This document shows positions 19,851 to 31,700 of a stretch of 60,000 nucleotides of DNA, piece by piece. The number at the start of each line of letters is the position of its first letter. Position 1 is the first letter of the stretch. The DNA lies in NCBI GenBank assembly GCA_013239625.1, contig MU053431.1:2694485-2754484 (forward strand). The letters are read 5' to 3'. Below the pieces are notes generated by a model. It was not told the DNA's origin. It made no database searches and saw only the letters and a list, made by a program, of their open reading frames with translations. Source of the DNA: Lama guanicoe. Taxonomy: Eukaryota. A program made the position numbers and the translations under genes.

Positions 19851-20996
19851 CCACAGGGACCTACCTGATTCCTCACAGCCCCCAGTGCACTGGGCGGTGG
19901 CCCAATGCATTGCTCTCCCGTAGTAGAAGCCTCCTCCAGCCCCCGCAGATATGTCACTGGCTACTTTCCCAGGCCTTCTCAGCAGATCTAGGATCCCTCC
20001 CTGGGTGGGGACCAAAGGATGCCCTGTGTGCCAGCCCCACACCCGGTGCAGAGATATCTGTGAGGCCACCGTCCTGCTGGCTTCCTCAGGGCTATGTGTG
20101 CCTGTCTCACCCTCTGTCCTCACGTGTCTGCCTGATGCAGAGTGACACCACCCCCCATGGAGTTCTCACTGTGTGGGGCCGTGGTACCAAGTGAGACCAT
20201 TGAGACTTCCTTTTTAAAGATAAAGAAATGGTGGCTCAGAGAAGTGATGAAATGAAATGTGCTTTTACTAAACAGATGAAATCATCCTAGCACTCAGTAC
20301 GTCCCCAAGAGACAGAATGCTGGGGTTCAAGTCACACGAGCTTAACCAGTGAGCCAGGGCTGGCTGTCATCCTGTGCTTGTCACGGTTTATGTGCTGCCG
20401 CTCCTGGACAGAGGCACTGCCTCCCCTTCCCTGTCCCTCTGTCCCAGGCCATAGCCACCTTCTCTCCCCCTGTTCCTCATCTCCTCTCCCCGCCTGAACC
20501 TCCGACCACCATCGAGAGCCTCCCCTCCCTCCTGGAACTGCCCCCGACTCAAGCTCCAGATCCTGGGCGTGGATCAAAGCCAAGGGTGCAACGGCCCAGA
20601 AGGGGCGAAGGGTCTTGTGTGGGGGAGGAGCTTGCTGAGGACACAGAGGGCCCAGGTCCCCATCCTGAGCCTGAGCCTGATCCTGAGGATTCCTTGCTGG
20701 ACGCTAGCTCTGACCTCTACTGGTAGAGGACACACCCCTCTGGGATCAGTTCTCTGCTTTGGGCAGTGACACTGCAGGAGCCTCCTCGCAGGGGAGTGCC
20801 TTGTCTGAGACCCCCACCTCTGCAGCCTGGTAGATGGGCTGGGATGGAGGAAAAGGGAGAGGTGGCCAAAAGAAGTTGGGGAGAATAGTAAGTTCTCAAA
20901 GGGGAGATCTGTCTGAAACTCGGGAGGCTCTTCAGAGTCCAGAGGGTTGGCAGGACGTGGGTCTGTCAGAATGGGACAGGGGCAGTGTCCCTCCTG

Positions 20997-20998
<2 letters not shown>

Positions 20999-21038
<40 letters not shown>
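20999..21038. repeat. (GT)20 microsatellite
   Basis: Uninterrupted GT dinucleotide run. Confidence 0.97.
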
Positions 21039-21040
<2 letters not shown>

Positions 21041-21677
21041 TCTGCTAAGGGACAAAGGAGGACAATCAGGATGGAAAGGAAAACCAGAGGGTTTCTGTCT
21101 GGGTGGCAGGGGCCTATTTGAGGGGCTCCCCTTCTCCAGTCTCTCTATCCTCTGGAGGACCTCCTAGGCATGGCTGACTTGCCAAAGGCCAGCTTGGGCT
21201 TCTGCAGTCACTCTTCTGCCCAGAATATCACCTTCCTCTCTGACCCCCTGATGGAATGACCTGCTGTCTATGGTCCTATTTGGGTACCACTCTCTCCGAG
21301 GCTGCTCGCTCTTCTTGGGGCGTGAGTATTGCCAGGCCAGGCTCTTGCTCCTGTCACAACCAGACTAGGGGCCCCCATGGATTCACAGGGCACCAGGTTA
21401 CCTGATGGGAGTAGCATGGGATCTGGGGGATTAGGAGTGTCCCTGCCCCCTGTTAACCTGACATCTGCCAACTTGCACCTTCCTACTTTGTTGGAGGAGC
21501 AGCACGCTGTGTACCCCAATGTCAGTGACTCGCAAGTGGGAGAGGCGGCACCCACACTTCCCCACTTCCCTCCCAGGGGACCTAGAGAGGGAAGCGGAGA
21601 GACCAGAAGGGGCTTGGAAAGTGAGAACTTTATGTCCGACGGTGGGGAGCGGCCGGCCCGGCACTTCGGGATATCCG

Positions 21678-22481
21678 TCAACGTGGGAAGACGGTGCCGT
21701 CGACCGTCTCCTCCAGGATGGTCTCCACGCGCCTCCGCTGCAGGGAAGAGGGGCTGGGGCACGACGTGCGGGGAGGCGGGCGGGCCCCCTCCCCGCCCCT
21801 TCCCCTGCTGCGGGCACCTCTTGACGGTCCAGGGGATCCGGGATTCGCGTGGGCTTCAGCTGCGGCGGCAGGAACAGCTCCAGCCGGATGGCGGCGCGCG
21901 CGGACCTCTGCCGCAGGATGAGGAGCGAGATTTCCTCGGCCTGCGGGTCCCGGGGTCGGTGCGTGGGGGGCGGGGAGAGATGTTTCAGAGCCAGTGCGAC
22001 GTAGCAGAGCCCCAAGCCGGGTCGCGCGACCCCTCCTGCCCGCCCGGAGCCTCACCCGCATGCGGGCGTAGCGCAGTCGTAAGGCGCGGACTCGTCCTCG
22101 GGCCTCGGCTGCTTTGAGGACGCCGAGGAGCCGGTCCTGGCGCTCCGCCGGCCGCTCGAGGGGCTGCGTCCACGCGCGCGGGTCAGGCATGCGGTACCCC
22201 AGCTCCAACGAGTCGCACGGGAAGACGGAAGCGGCCGCGCCCACGTCCTCAAGCAGGTCGCCGAAGAGCAGGTGGCTGTGGCGTTGCCCAGGGCCCATGG
22301 CCGCCAGCCCCTCCAGCGTCAAGGCCCAGCCCAGCCTGGGGGGCTCCGCCGCGGCCGCCCCTTTGGCGCGCTTCTCACCGGCCCCTGCGCCCTGCGCGCC
22401 CTTTCCCGCTCGCCCCCGCGGGCCCCTACGCCCGGCCTCCTTCTCCCGCGGCTGCTGCGGCGGCGCCAGCGTTGGTTGCAT
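21678..22481 (-). CDS. LKAAEAR1: LKAAEAR motif-containing protein 1, 202 aa, 3 exons
   Basis: Exons on minus strand: 22481-22056, 21940-21818, 21737-21678 (609 nt, GT-AG, phase 0). Contains LLGVLKAAEARGRVRALRLRY, AEEISLLILRQRSARAAIRLELFLPPQL, and ends VDGTVFPR*. The start ATG at 22481 is inferred. The gene lies within a CpG island. Confidence 0.9.
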   Translation of the reverse strand: MQPTLAPPQQPREKEAGRRGPRGRAGKGAQGAGAGEKRAKGAAAAEPPRLGWALTLEGLAAMGPGQRHSHLLFGDLLEDVGAAASVFPCDSLELGYRMPDPRAWTQPLERPAERQDRLLGVLKAAEARGRVRALRLRYARMRVRLRAGRRGRATRLGALLRRTGSETSLPAPHAPTPGPAGRGNLAPHPAAEVRARRHPAGAVPAAAAEAHANPGSPGPSRGARSRGRGGEGARPPPRTSCPSPSSLQRRRVETILEETVDGTVFPR

Positions 22482-25036
22482 CCTCCGAGGGAAGGGGATG
22501 TCTGTTGGTGCCCGAGCGGTGTCCGTTGTGCCCGCTCCTTTGGCCTGACCTGGCCCCACCGCGGGCTTCCAGCTCTGGCCCCTCTGGACTCCCTGCCGCC
22601 CGCCTTAGGCCCCGCACCTCTGGCCTCTGCACCTTTGCCCAAGCCTAGCACACGTCCTGGTCAACTCAGCTCCCCCGATCACTCCTGCTGTCAGCTAGAA
22701 CTTTCTGATCCACTCCCTTACTGGAAATTCCCTTCCTGCCCACCAGCTGTTTCTCTGTCCACTGAGAAAATGCTGAGACCCCTGAGCTGACCTCAAGCAC
22801 TACCCAGGGGTGGAGACTGCTGAGACTGCCCTGGGTGAGGCTTGGTGGACAATTCCCCACGATGCTGGGACCGTCTCTGTGTTCAGTCCCCCAGGTCTGC
22901 GTTGGCCCCAGGCCTCTCTGTCTTGATGTTAGGGGCTGGAGATGGAGCGGGTGGGCCTTCATTATATCTTGGGCAGAGAACTCATGCTTTTCTGGGAGGG
23001 GGTGTGTGTGTGTGGGGGGGGTCAGTTTGTATGTCTGTGGGAGGTCTCACGTGTGTGTGGGGGGAGCTCAGAGCCAAATGGACAGCTGGCTTGCTACAGG
23101 GGAGACGTCCTCCTCCTAGCCTGTCCCTGCTGGGACTGGACTGAGTAAGGGAGAGGGGAGCCCGGGGAGGAGGTGATAGAGGGGGATAGGGCCCAAGAGG
23201 TGGAAAGGGAAACTGCCCTAGAAGTCCTAATTCAGTCCTGCAGGGCTCTTTCCCTCTCCTGGCCCCTTTCCCACAGTATCCCTGACCCCTACCCTGGGCC
23301 GAGTCCTGGCCCACTGTGGGACAGGCAGAGCCACAGTCTGGGTGTCTGGTAGCATCCACTCCCTCCCCTGCCTCATCCTTGGCTGCAGTGGTCCAAGGGC
23401 CCGGCCCTCACCTCCCTTCTGCACACCCTTCCTACCTTCTGCCTTGCTGGGTCTGAACCTCCAACTCAGCTGGGACTCTCTGGGGCTTGTTGATGTGGTT
23501 GCTGGGCAACCAGGAAGCCTGCCCCTCCCCCAAGCCGGCCAGGGTGCGGCGACCCCTCTGGAGGTACATGGGCAGAGCTGTGCCCAGAAGTCCCAGGCCA
23601 TATGACCTGCCAGGGGCATCCCAGGCTGTCAAGGACTGGGAAGGAGGTGACCAACAACTTACAGCCCGGTATGCTTTTTTCCTTTCTGGGGAGGCCTAAA
23701 TGCACTCTTCTGTGGGCCCAGCTTCCTGGCTGTAGAGGTCTTTGGGGGCTAGTTTTGGGGTCAGGGGGCACAATCATGAGGAGACCTTCATAAGTGAGCC
23801 CTTTTCCCCTCTGCATGGCCCAAGAGGCCTCCCACAGCGGAACTCAGGACGCTTCACCTCTTCTGGGGCAAGTTTGGAGTCCCAGGGGTGGTGCAAGACC
23901 AGACTTGGGTTTTGATGAGTCCTAAGTCTCTGGGTATTGGGTCCTAGATTTCTGTAATTGATTTGTGCATTTGTTAGTTAGCTGTAATATTTTATAACGG
24001 ATTCACTTAGTTAATTCTTTAATTTGTTCATGCATTTGTCACTGTATTCTAGATTCGTTAATTCATGAACTGATTCCACAGTTTATGTTAGGCCAAAATT
24101 AGTGCATTGAGTGCATTGAATTATTCATGTACTGGTGGCTCCCACAGTACATACATTTCACTCCCCTTCATAAGTGGATGTGCTGGAGGGCCAGTGTGGG
24201 CGCTGGGATCCATGGATGGCCTGCTTTGGGGGTTCAGGGCCTGAGCCCCTGGGAGGATGGACTGTCCTGGCTTTGGGGGTGAGGTCTCTGCTGAGGTTCT
24301 GGCCTTCTGGACAGAGGCTGTTGAGTGTTCCCATTGTTTTTGGAAGCTTGTTCTGGCCTCCTGGTGAGAGGGAAAGCTATGACTCTCTGCCCTCCATGCC
24401 CCTGGAGTCTGCACGCCATCCGCCTTCCCGAAGCTGCGTAGAACTGGTCATCCTTCCAGCCCCTAAGCCTTTGCAGGAGCTGCCCCTTCCTGCCCTGCTT
24501 GTGCCTTTAGGGTGGGTCTGGGCCTTGAGGTTTAGCATCAGCCTCAGGGGCTTGTTGAAGACAAAGGTCTCTGGGCTCCAGAAGAAGCAGTGAGGGCTTA
24601 GGAAGGATGATCTAGCGGGTCACCTCCTTCAGGCAGGCCTCCTGGATTTACACAGCTCCAGGTGGGGCTACCTCTGACTCTAATTCTGTGCTCCCACATG
24701 AGTGAGTTCTACAAGACAGGGATCTGGGCCCTCCTCTGAGCTTCCCCAGGGCCCAGGACAGGGATAGGCAGTGGGGGAGTGGTTAGGGGGCATTGTCTCC
24801 AGCAAGAGGGGACTTGTAACTTTCCCTCTGCTTCTGTAGGATTGAAAACCTTTGACACCTTCTCCTCCCTAATTCCCAGAGGGCCTGGTGTCCACACAGC
24901 TCACATTCCCTGGGCTTGGTTTCTTTCTGCTTCTCCACACACCCCTGGGAGGAAGGTGCTCCCACATGTCTGGGCCCAGCCACTGTGAGACAGCAGGCCA
25001 CGTCCTTCACCTGTTTCTGTGTCCAGGATTCATTTT

Positions 25037-25240
25037 ATTATTTTTTTCTTTCTTTTTAAAAAAATTTTTTTAATTGAAGTGCAGTCAGTTACAATGTGTC
25101 AGTTTCTGGTGTACAGCACAATGTCCCAGTCATGCATACACATACACATATTTGTTTTCATATCCTTTTTCATGAAAGGTTATTACAAGATATTGAATCT
25201 ATATTCCCTGTGCTGTGCAGAAGAAACTTGTTTTTTTTTA
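25037..25240 (-). mobile_element. 5'-truncated L1 3' end with poly(A) tail and 12-bp TSD
   Basis: T-rich tail, then taattgaagtgcagtcagttacaatgtgtcagtttctggtgtacagc.... Flanked by the direct repeat aggattcatttt at 25025-25036 and 25241-25252. Confidence 0.8.
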
Positions 25241-25294
25241 AGGATTCATTTTCGAGGGCTGATGGAAATGTTGAGGTCTAAAAGCACGTTGATC

Positions 25295-25428
25295 TTGTAA
25301 TAACCTTTAATGAAAACGAATATGAAAATGAATATATGTATGTGTATGCAGGATTGGGACATGATGCTGGACACCAGAAACTGGCACATTGTAACTGATG
25401 GCACTTCAATTACAAAAAAATCTTTTTA
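25295..25428 (+). mobile_element. Second 5'-truncated L1 3' end of the same family, opposite orientation, about 15-bp TSD
   Basis: Its reverse complement aligns without gaps to the preceding element (107/121 by hand count). Flanked by aaaagcacgttgatc (25280-25294) and aaaagcatgatgatc (25429-25443). Confidence 0.8.
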
Positions 25429-27329
25429 AAAAGCATGATGATCGATGCCAAAGGCTGAAAATAAAACTTCAAAGTAAAATGAATAAGTGTTATTAAATGA
25501 CTGCAAAATTTAACATTGTGTTGAAAATCTACAACTCAGTTCTCTGTCACTGTATTTAAATAAGAAGAAGTTAAAATCACAAGGAAAAAGTAATTTTTTA
25601 TGAGGAAATCATTTTACTTTTTAGCAGCACTGCTGGCCTGGTGACTGAATATCCTGGGGGATAGATGTCCTGGGTGAGCTGCCTACGACTATGCTTTGAC
25701 TCCTGTGCCCGGCTCAGCGGTGGTGGAATGTGTGGAGACTGAGGGGGGCAGACAGCGGGCCTGCCCCAGGCAGTGAGGGCCAGTGCGAGCCTGCCATCTG
25801 GCCCTGATGGGCCCTGAGTCACTGGGTGCAAGAGTGAGGTGTGTTCTGCGCAGTCTGTGAGTGTAAACGGCCCTCAGGGCCCTGTGTCCTGCCCCAAATG
25901 CCTGTGACCTCCAAGTGCAGCCCTTGTGTGACTTTCACCGTAATTTGTGGGCGTGTGCTCTGCCCTGTCATTCCCATAAGCTACGTGTCTTTGGCTGCCC
26001 TGGCGCCCCACATGCTTTGCTTTGCCTGCATATGACATGTGTGTTTGAGGTTGTTTTGCTTTGACACAAGTGCTCACACGTGTTCCCCGCTGACCCATGT
26101 GTAACCCATGTTTTCTGTGTCTTACCCTTCTGTGCCGGGTGGAGAGAGGCCTGGGCCATTTCCTTGGCCAGCCCCCTTTGTGGGAAATCTCCAGGGTCCA
26201 GGACTGGGTGGCTGCCATCCCCAGGGAGTGTAGTCAGCATGCCGGCCTGACCACCCACTGGCCTAGCCACCCACTGGCCTGTCCTTGGGCTGAGACTGCC
26301 TGTGAGCGGCCAGGTGTCTGCCTCTGGGCATCCTCTGCGCTGGCTCCGTCCAGTGCGCCCTCACAGGAGATCTGTCCAGACCAGAACTCATACCCAGCCT
26401 CAGAGCAGCCTTCTAGCCCAGGCTTTTCCTCAGACTGAGGCCTGGGCTAGGAGGCAGCTGAAGGCCATTAGGAAACACAGCTTAGCTCAGTAAGCTGCCC
26501 CCAGGCAGCGGGGGCTGGAGGGACTGGGGTTGGCTGCTCAGACCTTGGGGAGCCAGCCTGGGGAGGCTGGGGGAAGGTGAGCCTCCCTGGGTTGCTGGGC
26601 TCCTGAGGTCAAGGCAATGGGGTTTCGATCTTCTCTTCACCTGGAGAATGTGGTGCACGTTTGTGTCCCCTGGGTGTCTGAGTCTGCGATCTGTGTGTCT
26701 GCCTGCTCTCTCATGCCTGCTGCCTGTGTGCCTCACATGCACCTAGGTGTGTCTGCATGTGTGTGGCCCATGATTTTGTGCATCCCTTCAAGTGTCTGCA
26801 TTCCTGAGCATGTACTTTGACTGTGTGTTTATCCTTGTGCCTCTTTGGGCATCTTTGTGTGTGTCTGCAGTTATGTGAGTCTTTGTGTCCTGAGTGCCTT
26901 CTGTGGATGTGCCTCGTGTCTCCCCACGTGTCCCTGAGTCGACTGCAGTGTAGATGCAGAGATAAGTCCTGGGGGACAGCTTGGGATGCTGAGTCCTAGG
27001 GTAGCTGCCTGCTCTGTCCTCTCTTGATTTGCCAGGTATCCTAGCGACGCTGCTGCCAGTTGCCTAGCAACAATGTCTCCATCCTTGGAGACAGATGCAC
27101 AGAGCAGGGTCTGGGCTGTGTGGGCAGAGCCCGCGTGCAGGAAAAACGACCCCTTGACTGGGTGGGGCTGGCGATTCAGCTCAGGGTCACCCACTTGGCA
27201 TGTGACCCCAGTGCTGGGAAGGAGGCAGCTCTCTGTTCAGCTGCATGGATGCTGGGGGCCCAGGCTGTAAGGGAATGAGGCCCAGAAGTTGTTCTGGGGC
27301 AGAGATGTCCCTGGTGTGTCTCAAAGCGA

Positions 27330-27495
27330 CAGAGAGACCTGGGTTTGAACCCTGTCTCTGCCACTTTGACATGTGGCTTCACAGCTCTGAGGCTTAATGA
27401 TCTTGTTGGCGCTGAGGTGATGCTGATGGCAATGGTGAAGTGTAGTGGGGCTGGATGGGCTTATCCTCAGGATGGGCTTGGCACACAGTAAGGCA
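27330..27495. mobile_element. Degenerate MIR-like fragment
   Basis: 'agacctgggtttgaaccctgtctctgccactt...cttggcacacagtaaggcac' matches MIR head and tail motifs. Confidence 0.5.
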
Positions 27496-28051
27496 CGTGG
27501 GGCACACAGTGGGCACACAGAGTGCACAGGAGAGCCCAAGCATCCTGCTTGTTTACTGCGAGGCTCTGATCTGCTTAGGGCGGGCTGGGCAGGGGCCTTG
27601 CTGTGTGTCCACCCACCCGCTGGCCTGCTGTGGCTCAGCTTCCCTGGGGCCCAGCCGAGGGGCACTGCTCTGGGCACGGAATGCCAGCTCAGGCAGGTCT
27701 GAGTCCGTCCAAGTCTGCGTGTCTGTGTGTGAGATGTGGCTCCGGTCTGTCTCAGCCTGTCCTGTGTGTATCTCTCTGAGTCCCTGTCCCATGTCTTTGT
27801 GTGTTTCTGTGTGTCCCTGTGTGAGTGTCTGTGTCCACATGTCTTGAGTCCCTGTGAGCATCTGTGTCCCTGTGTCCGGGCTCTGTGGGTCCAAGCCTCT
27901 CTCTGTTCTTCTCTAAGTGTGTGCCCTGGTCCTCGTGTGTGTCCCCATGCCGCCTGAGGACTGGCGCCCCGTCCCTGCTGCCCCCTCCTCCAGCCTGGTT
28001 GGCCCCTCCCCCTCTGGAGCTGCAGCCTCCTCCCCCTCCCCCGTGCACCAG

Positions 28052-28220
28052 GCTGCCGCGTCTGGCCTGGCGTCTACTGAGGAGGAGCAACTGCCGCTGC
28101 AGCCGCAGTCCCCAGTCCCGTCAGACCTGGTGCTGAGTCGGGGAGGGGCTCCCCGGCCTGCTGGCCAGCCAGCCGTGGGTTCGGGTTCCCCTGGTCTCTG
28201 CTCCCACGGAGGTTACTGAG
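28052..28220 (+). other. OPRL1: Probable non-coding 5'-UTR exon of OPRL1
   Basis: Pyrimidine tract plus CAG ending at 28051. Strong donor GAG|GTAAGG at 28220/28221. The next acceptor, cccag at 28739, precedes the first coding exon. Confidence 0.55.
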
Positions 28221-28770
28221 GTAAGGCTGGAGCTGCTGGGGTGGGCGTGGAGGTGACCCAGGATGCGCTGCAGCGGCCAGGCAGGGCTGGGGAGGCACGG
28301 GGAGGTGCCGGGTGTCCTGGGTTCCAGGTGTTTCTGGGCATGCGTTGGTTGGTCCTTTTCGTGCCTGCATGTGCATGAGGGCAGGTTTGGGCATCCGTGT
28401 GTGTGTGTGTATGTGCACGGCTGTGTGTCCACGAGTCCCCGTGGGTGGACACGTGTCCTGGTATGTGACTGCATCTACACAGCCCATGTGGGAGCCTGCA
28501 AGCTGAAGGGGACTGTATCCCTGTGTGTGCACATATGCCTCTGTTTGTGTGTCCCTGTCTGGATATATGTATCTGCCTATCTCCATGGCCCCAGTATGTG
28601 TGTGCACAGGTATGCGCCTGTGTCCCTGTGCATGTGGCGGTCTGGGGGTCCGTGTGCCACTGGGCCGTGCACACTGAGCTTGGAGGCCGGGGCTGGTGGG
28701 TGTTGGGCACTGTGCTCACATGTCCCTGTGCCTTCCCAGGTACAGGTGGCTCTGCATGTCAAGCGGTGGC

Positions 28771-31700
28771 ATGGAGTCCCTCTTCCCTGCTCCGTTCTGG
28801 GAGGTCCTCTACAGCAGCCACCTGCAGGGAAACCTGTCCCTCCTGAGCCCCAACCACAGCCTACTGCCCCCCCACCTGCTGCTCAATACCAGCCACGGTG
28901 CCTTCCTGCCCCTCGGACTCAAGGTCACCATCGTGGGGCTCTACCTGGCTGTGTGCATCGGGGGGCTGCTGGGGAACTGTCTCGTCATGTACGTCATCCT
29001 CAGGTAGGCTGGCCCCCAGCTACAGGGGGAATGGAAGCAAGACACAGGGGCCATTCTGGGCAACCTGGCGCTGGGCAGGGTCAGGCCCGAAGCCCTGGTT
29101 GCTCAGCTCCTCAGGGTGGGGCACTTGGTTGGGGGAGGGGCCACCCTGTCCCAGAATGGAGCGTCACCCTGACTGCTGACAGATGACGTTCCGTATGAGC
29201 CGTGGGCCAGGCTCCCCGCCAAGCTGCCGCATGGTTATCTGACTGGTCCCACAGCGACCCCGAGAGGCAGCTCTTGTCAGTCTGTCCAGGGCTGGTGCCA
29301 GGGCAGGTCCCCTTCCCTCCAGCTCCAGGACTCGTGTTCTCTGCTAATACCTGGGCTGATTCCAGCATTTGCTGGTGCTCAGAATAGGAGTGCTTGTGGG
29401 GTTGAGGGGGGCAGCCAGGCTGTTGGGGGGAACATTATAGGGGAACAGTGTGGGTCAGTGTGGGGACACCTTGGGGGACAGAGGGGAGACAGCATGGTAA
29501 GACAGCATGGGGAGAGAGCGGGGACATGCATGTGTGTGCATGCATGTGCAGGTATGTGTGTGCACGATGTGAGCATGTGCATATTTGTGTGTACACAAAT
29601 GTGTGCGCGCACACGTGTGAATGTGGACGTGGATGTGTTCACACATGTGGGAGTGTGTGCACGTATGGGTGTGTACATACACGTGAGTGTGCACTGCACC
29701 TTGAACAGACCTGTGTGTGCATGCATACAATGCATGGAGTATGTGCATGTTTGTACATATATATGAGTGTGTACACGAATGTGTGAGCATGAACACGTAT
29801 GTGTGCACATGGGCACATGTGTTCATGCCTGTGTGTGCACTGTGGGCATGTAAGTGTGTACTGCACAGTGTACCTATATGTGTGCATGTACACACGCACT
29901 TGTGTCTGTGTATGTGCCTGTACACGTGTGAGCATGCACTTGTCTGTGTGTATGTGTTGGTGTGTATTATGTATGTGTTTGGACAAGGGGCTGGGAGGAG
30001 CAGCTGCCGCTTCCCCAGTGCTGACCCCCAGGGAACTAGATTCATGTGCCCCTTTGTGGTTGGAGGGTGTGTTGTGGGTGAGAAACACAGCAACTGGGGG
30101 TGGTTCTGTTCATCCTTTCTGCTGTTAGAGCTTCTCTGTGTCTCTCCTCTGCCCTGGGGCATCAGAACTGGCAGAGTCATAAAAAAAAAAAAAAGAACTG
30201 GCAGAGTTACGTCTTGGATCAGAGCAGACAGGGAGGTGGTCTTGTCCACAAGTGGTCCCCAGAGAGCACAATGCGCAGCAGCCGCTGGGACCACACTGGC
30301 CTGAGAGGCAGCACAGTGTATTCCAAGCCAGTGGACTGGGGTGGGCTGCCTCATGCACCAGAAACACCCAAGTTCCAAGCCCTGCTCTTGTTTAAAGACT
30401 GTTTTTTTTTTTTTAAAGAGCAGTTTTAGGTTCACAGCAAAATTGAGGGGAAGGTACAGAGGTTTCCCATTTGCTGCCTGCCCCCCGCCTTCCACAGTCT
30501 TCCCAATGATCAATCTTCCCACCAGAACAGGACATGTTTTACAGTTGATGAACCTACACTTGACTGTCACAGCCACCCCAAGTCCATAGTTTACATCAGG
30601 GTTCTCTCTTGGTGTTGCACATTCTGTGGGTTTTGACAACTGTATAATGACACGTACCCACAATTACAGCGTCACACAGAGCAGTTTCACTGGCCTGAAG
30701 ATCCCCTGTGCTCTGCCTGCGCACACTTCCCCATTCCCAGGCCCTGGCAAACAGTGATCTTTTTTCTGTCTGCATAATTTTGCCTTTTCCAGAACGTCAT
30801 ATAGATGGAGTCACACAATCTAGCCTTTTCAGGCTGGCTTCTCTCACTTAGTTAAATTTTTTTATTGTTGAGTAATATTCCATTTTCTGGATGGAAAGTT
30901 TATCCATCCACCTACTGGAGGACATCTTGGTTGTTGCCGGGTTTTGGCAATAAAGCTGCTGTAAACATCTCTGTGCAGATTTTTATGTGGCTATGAATTT
31001 TTAACTCCTTTGGGTAAATACCAAGGAGTATGATTGCTGGATCTTTTGGTAAGAGTCTATTTTGTAAGAAACTGGCAAACAGTCTTCCATAGTGGCTGCA
31101 CCATTTTGCGTTCCCACTAGTCATGGATGGCAGTTGCTTGCTGCTCCCCCTCCTCACCAGTGCTTGCTGCTGTCAGGGTTCTGGATTTTGGCCATTCTAG
31201 TAAGTGTGTAGTGGTGCCTTGTTGTTGTTTTCATTTGTGTTTCCCCGATGCTGCGCGATGTGGAGCATCTTTTCATGTACTTACTTGCCGCCTCTGTATC
31301 TTCTTCGGTGATGGGTCTGTTAAGGTCTTTGGCCCATTTTTAAGCAGGCTGTTTGTTTCCTTGTTGAGTAGTAGGAGTTCTTCGTGTGTTCCAGGTGGCA
31401 GTCGTGTGTCCGATGTGTGTTTGGCAAATCTCTTCTCCCATCTGTGGCTGGTCTTCTGGTTCTCTTGATCCACTCACTCTGCTTTTTGCTCGCTCTACGG
31501 CCCTGAGAAGGCCACTTAGATCCTCTGAGCTTGAGTGTCCTCCTACATGGAATGGGGATCAAAATAGCATTTTTGAAATCTTAAATGAGATAAAATCCAA
31601 GTGAAGAGCTTAGCACAGGTATCTGCCACTGTCACCGCCATTGTTACTGGGTCATAATTAAGGCCTCTTTGTGCTTATTCTTAGTCCCTCCCTAAGAGGC

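Noticed and set aside
23100..23150. Possible alternative OPRL1 first-exon donor (GA|GTAAGG at 23144/23145)
   Set aside because: A single donor-like motif without independent support.
29455..30663. 402-aa minus-strand ORF
   Set aside because: Runs through an L1 3' end and a CA-repeat tract (His/Thr/Cys-rich); not a gene.
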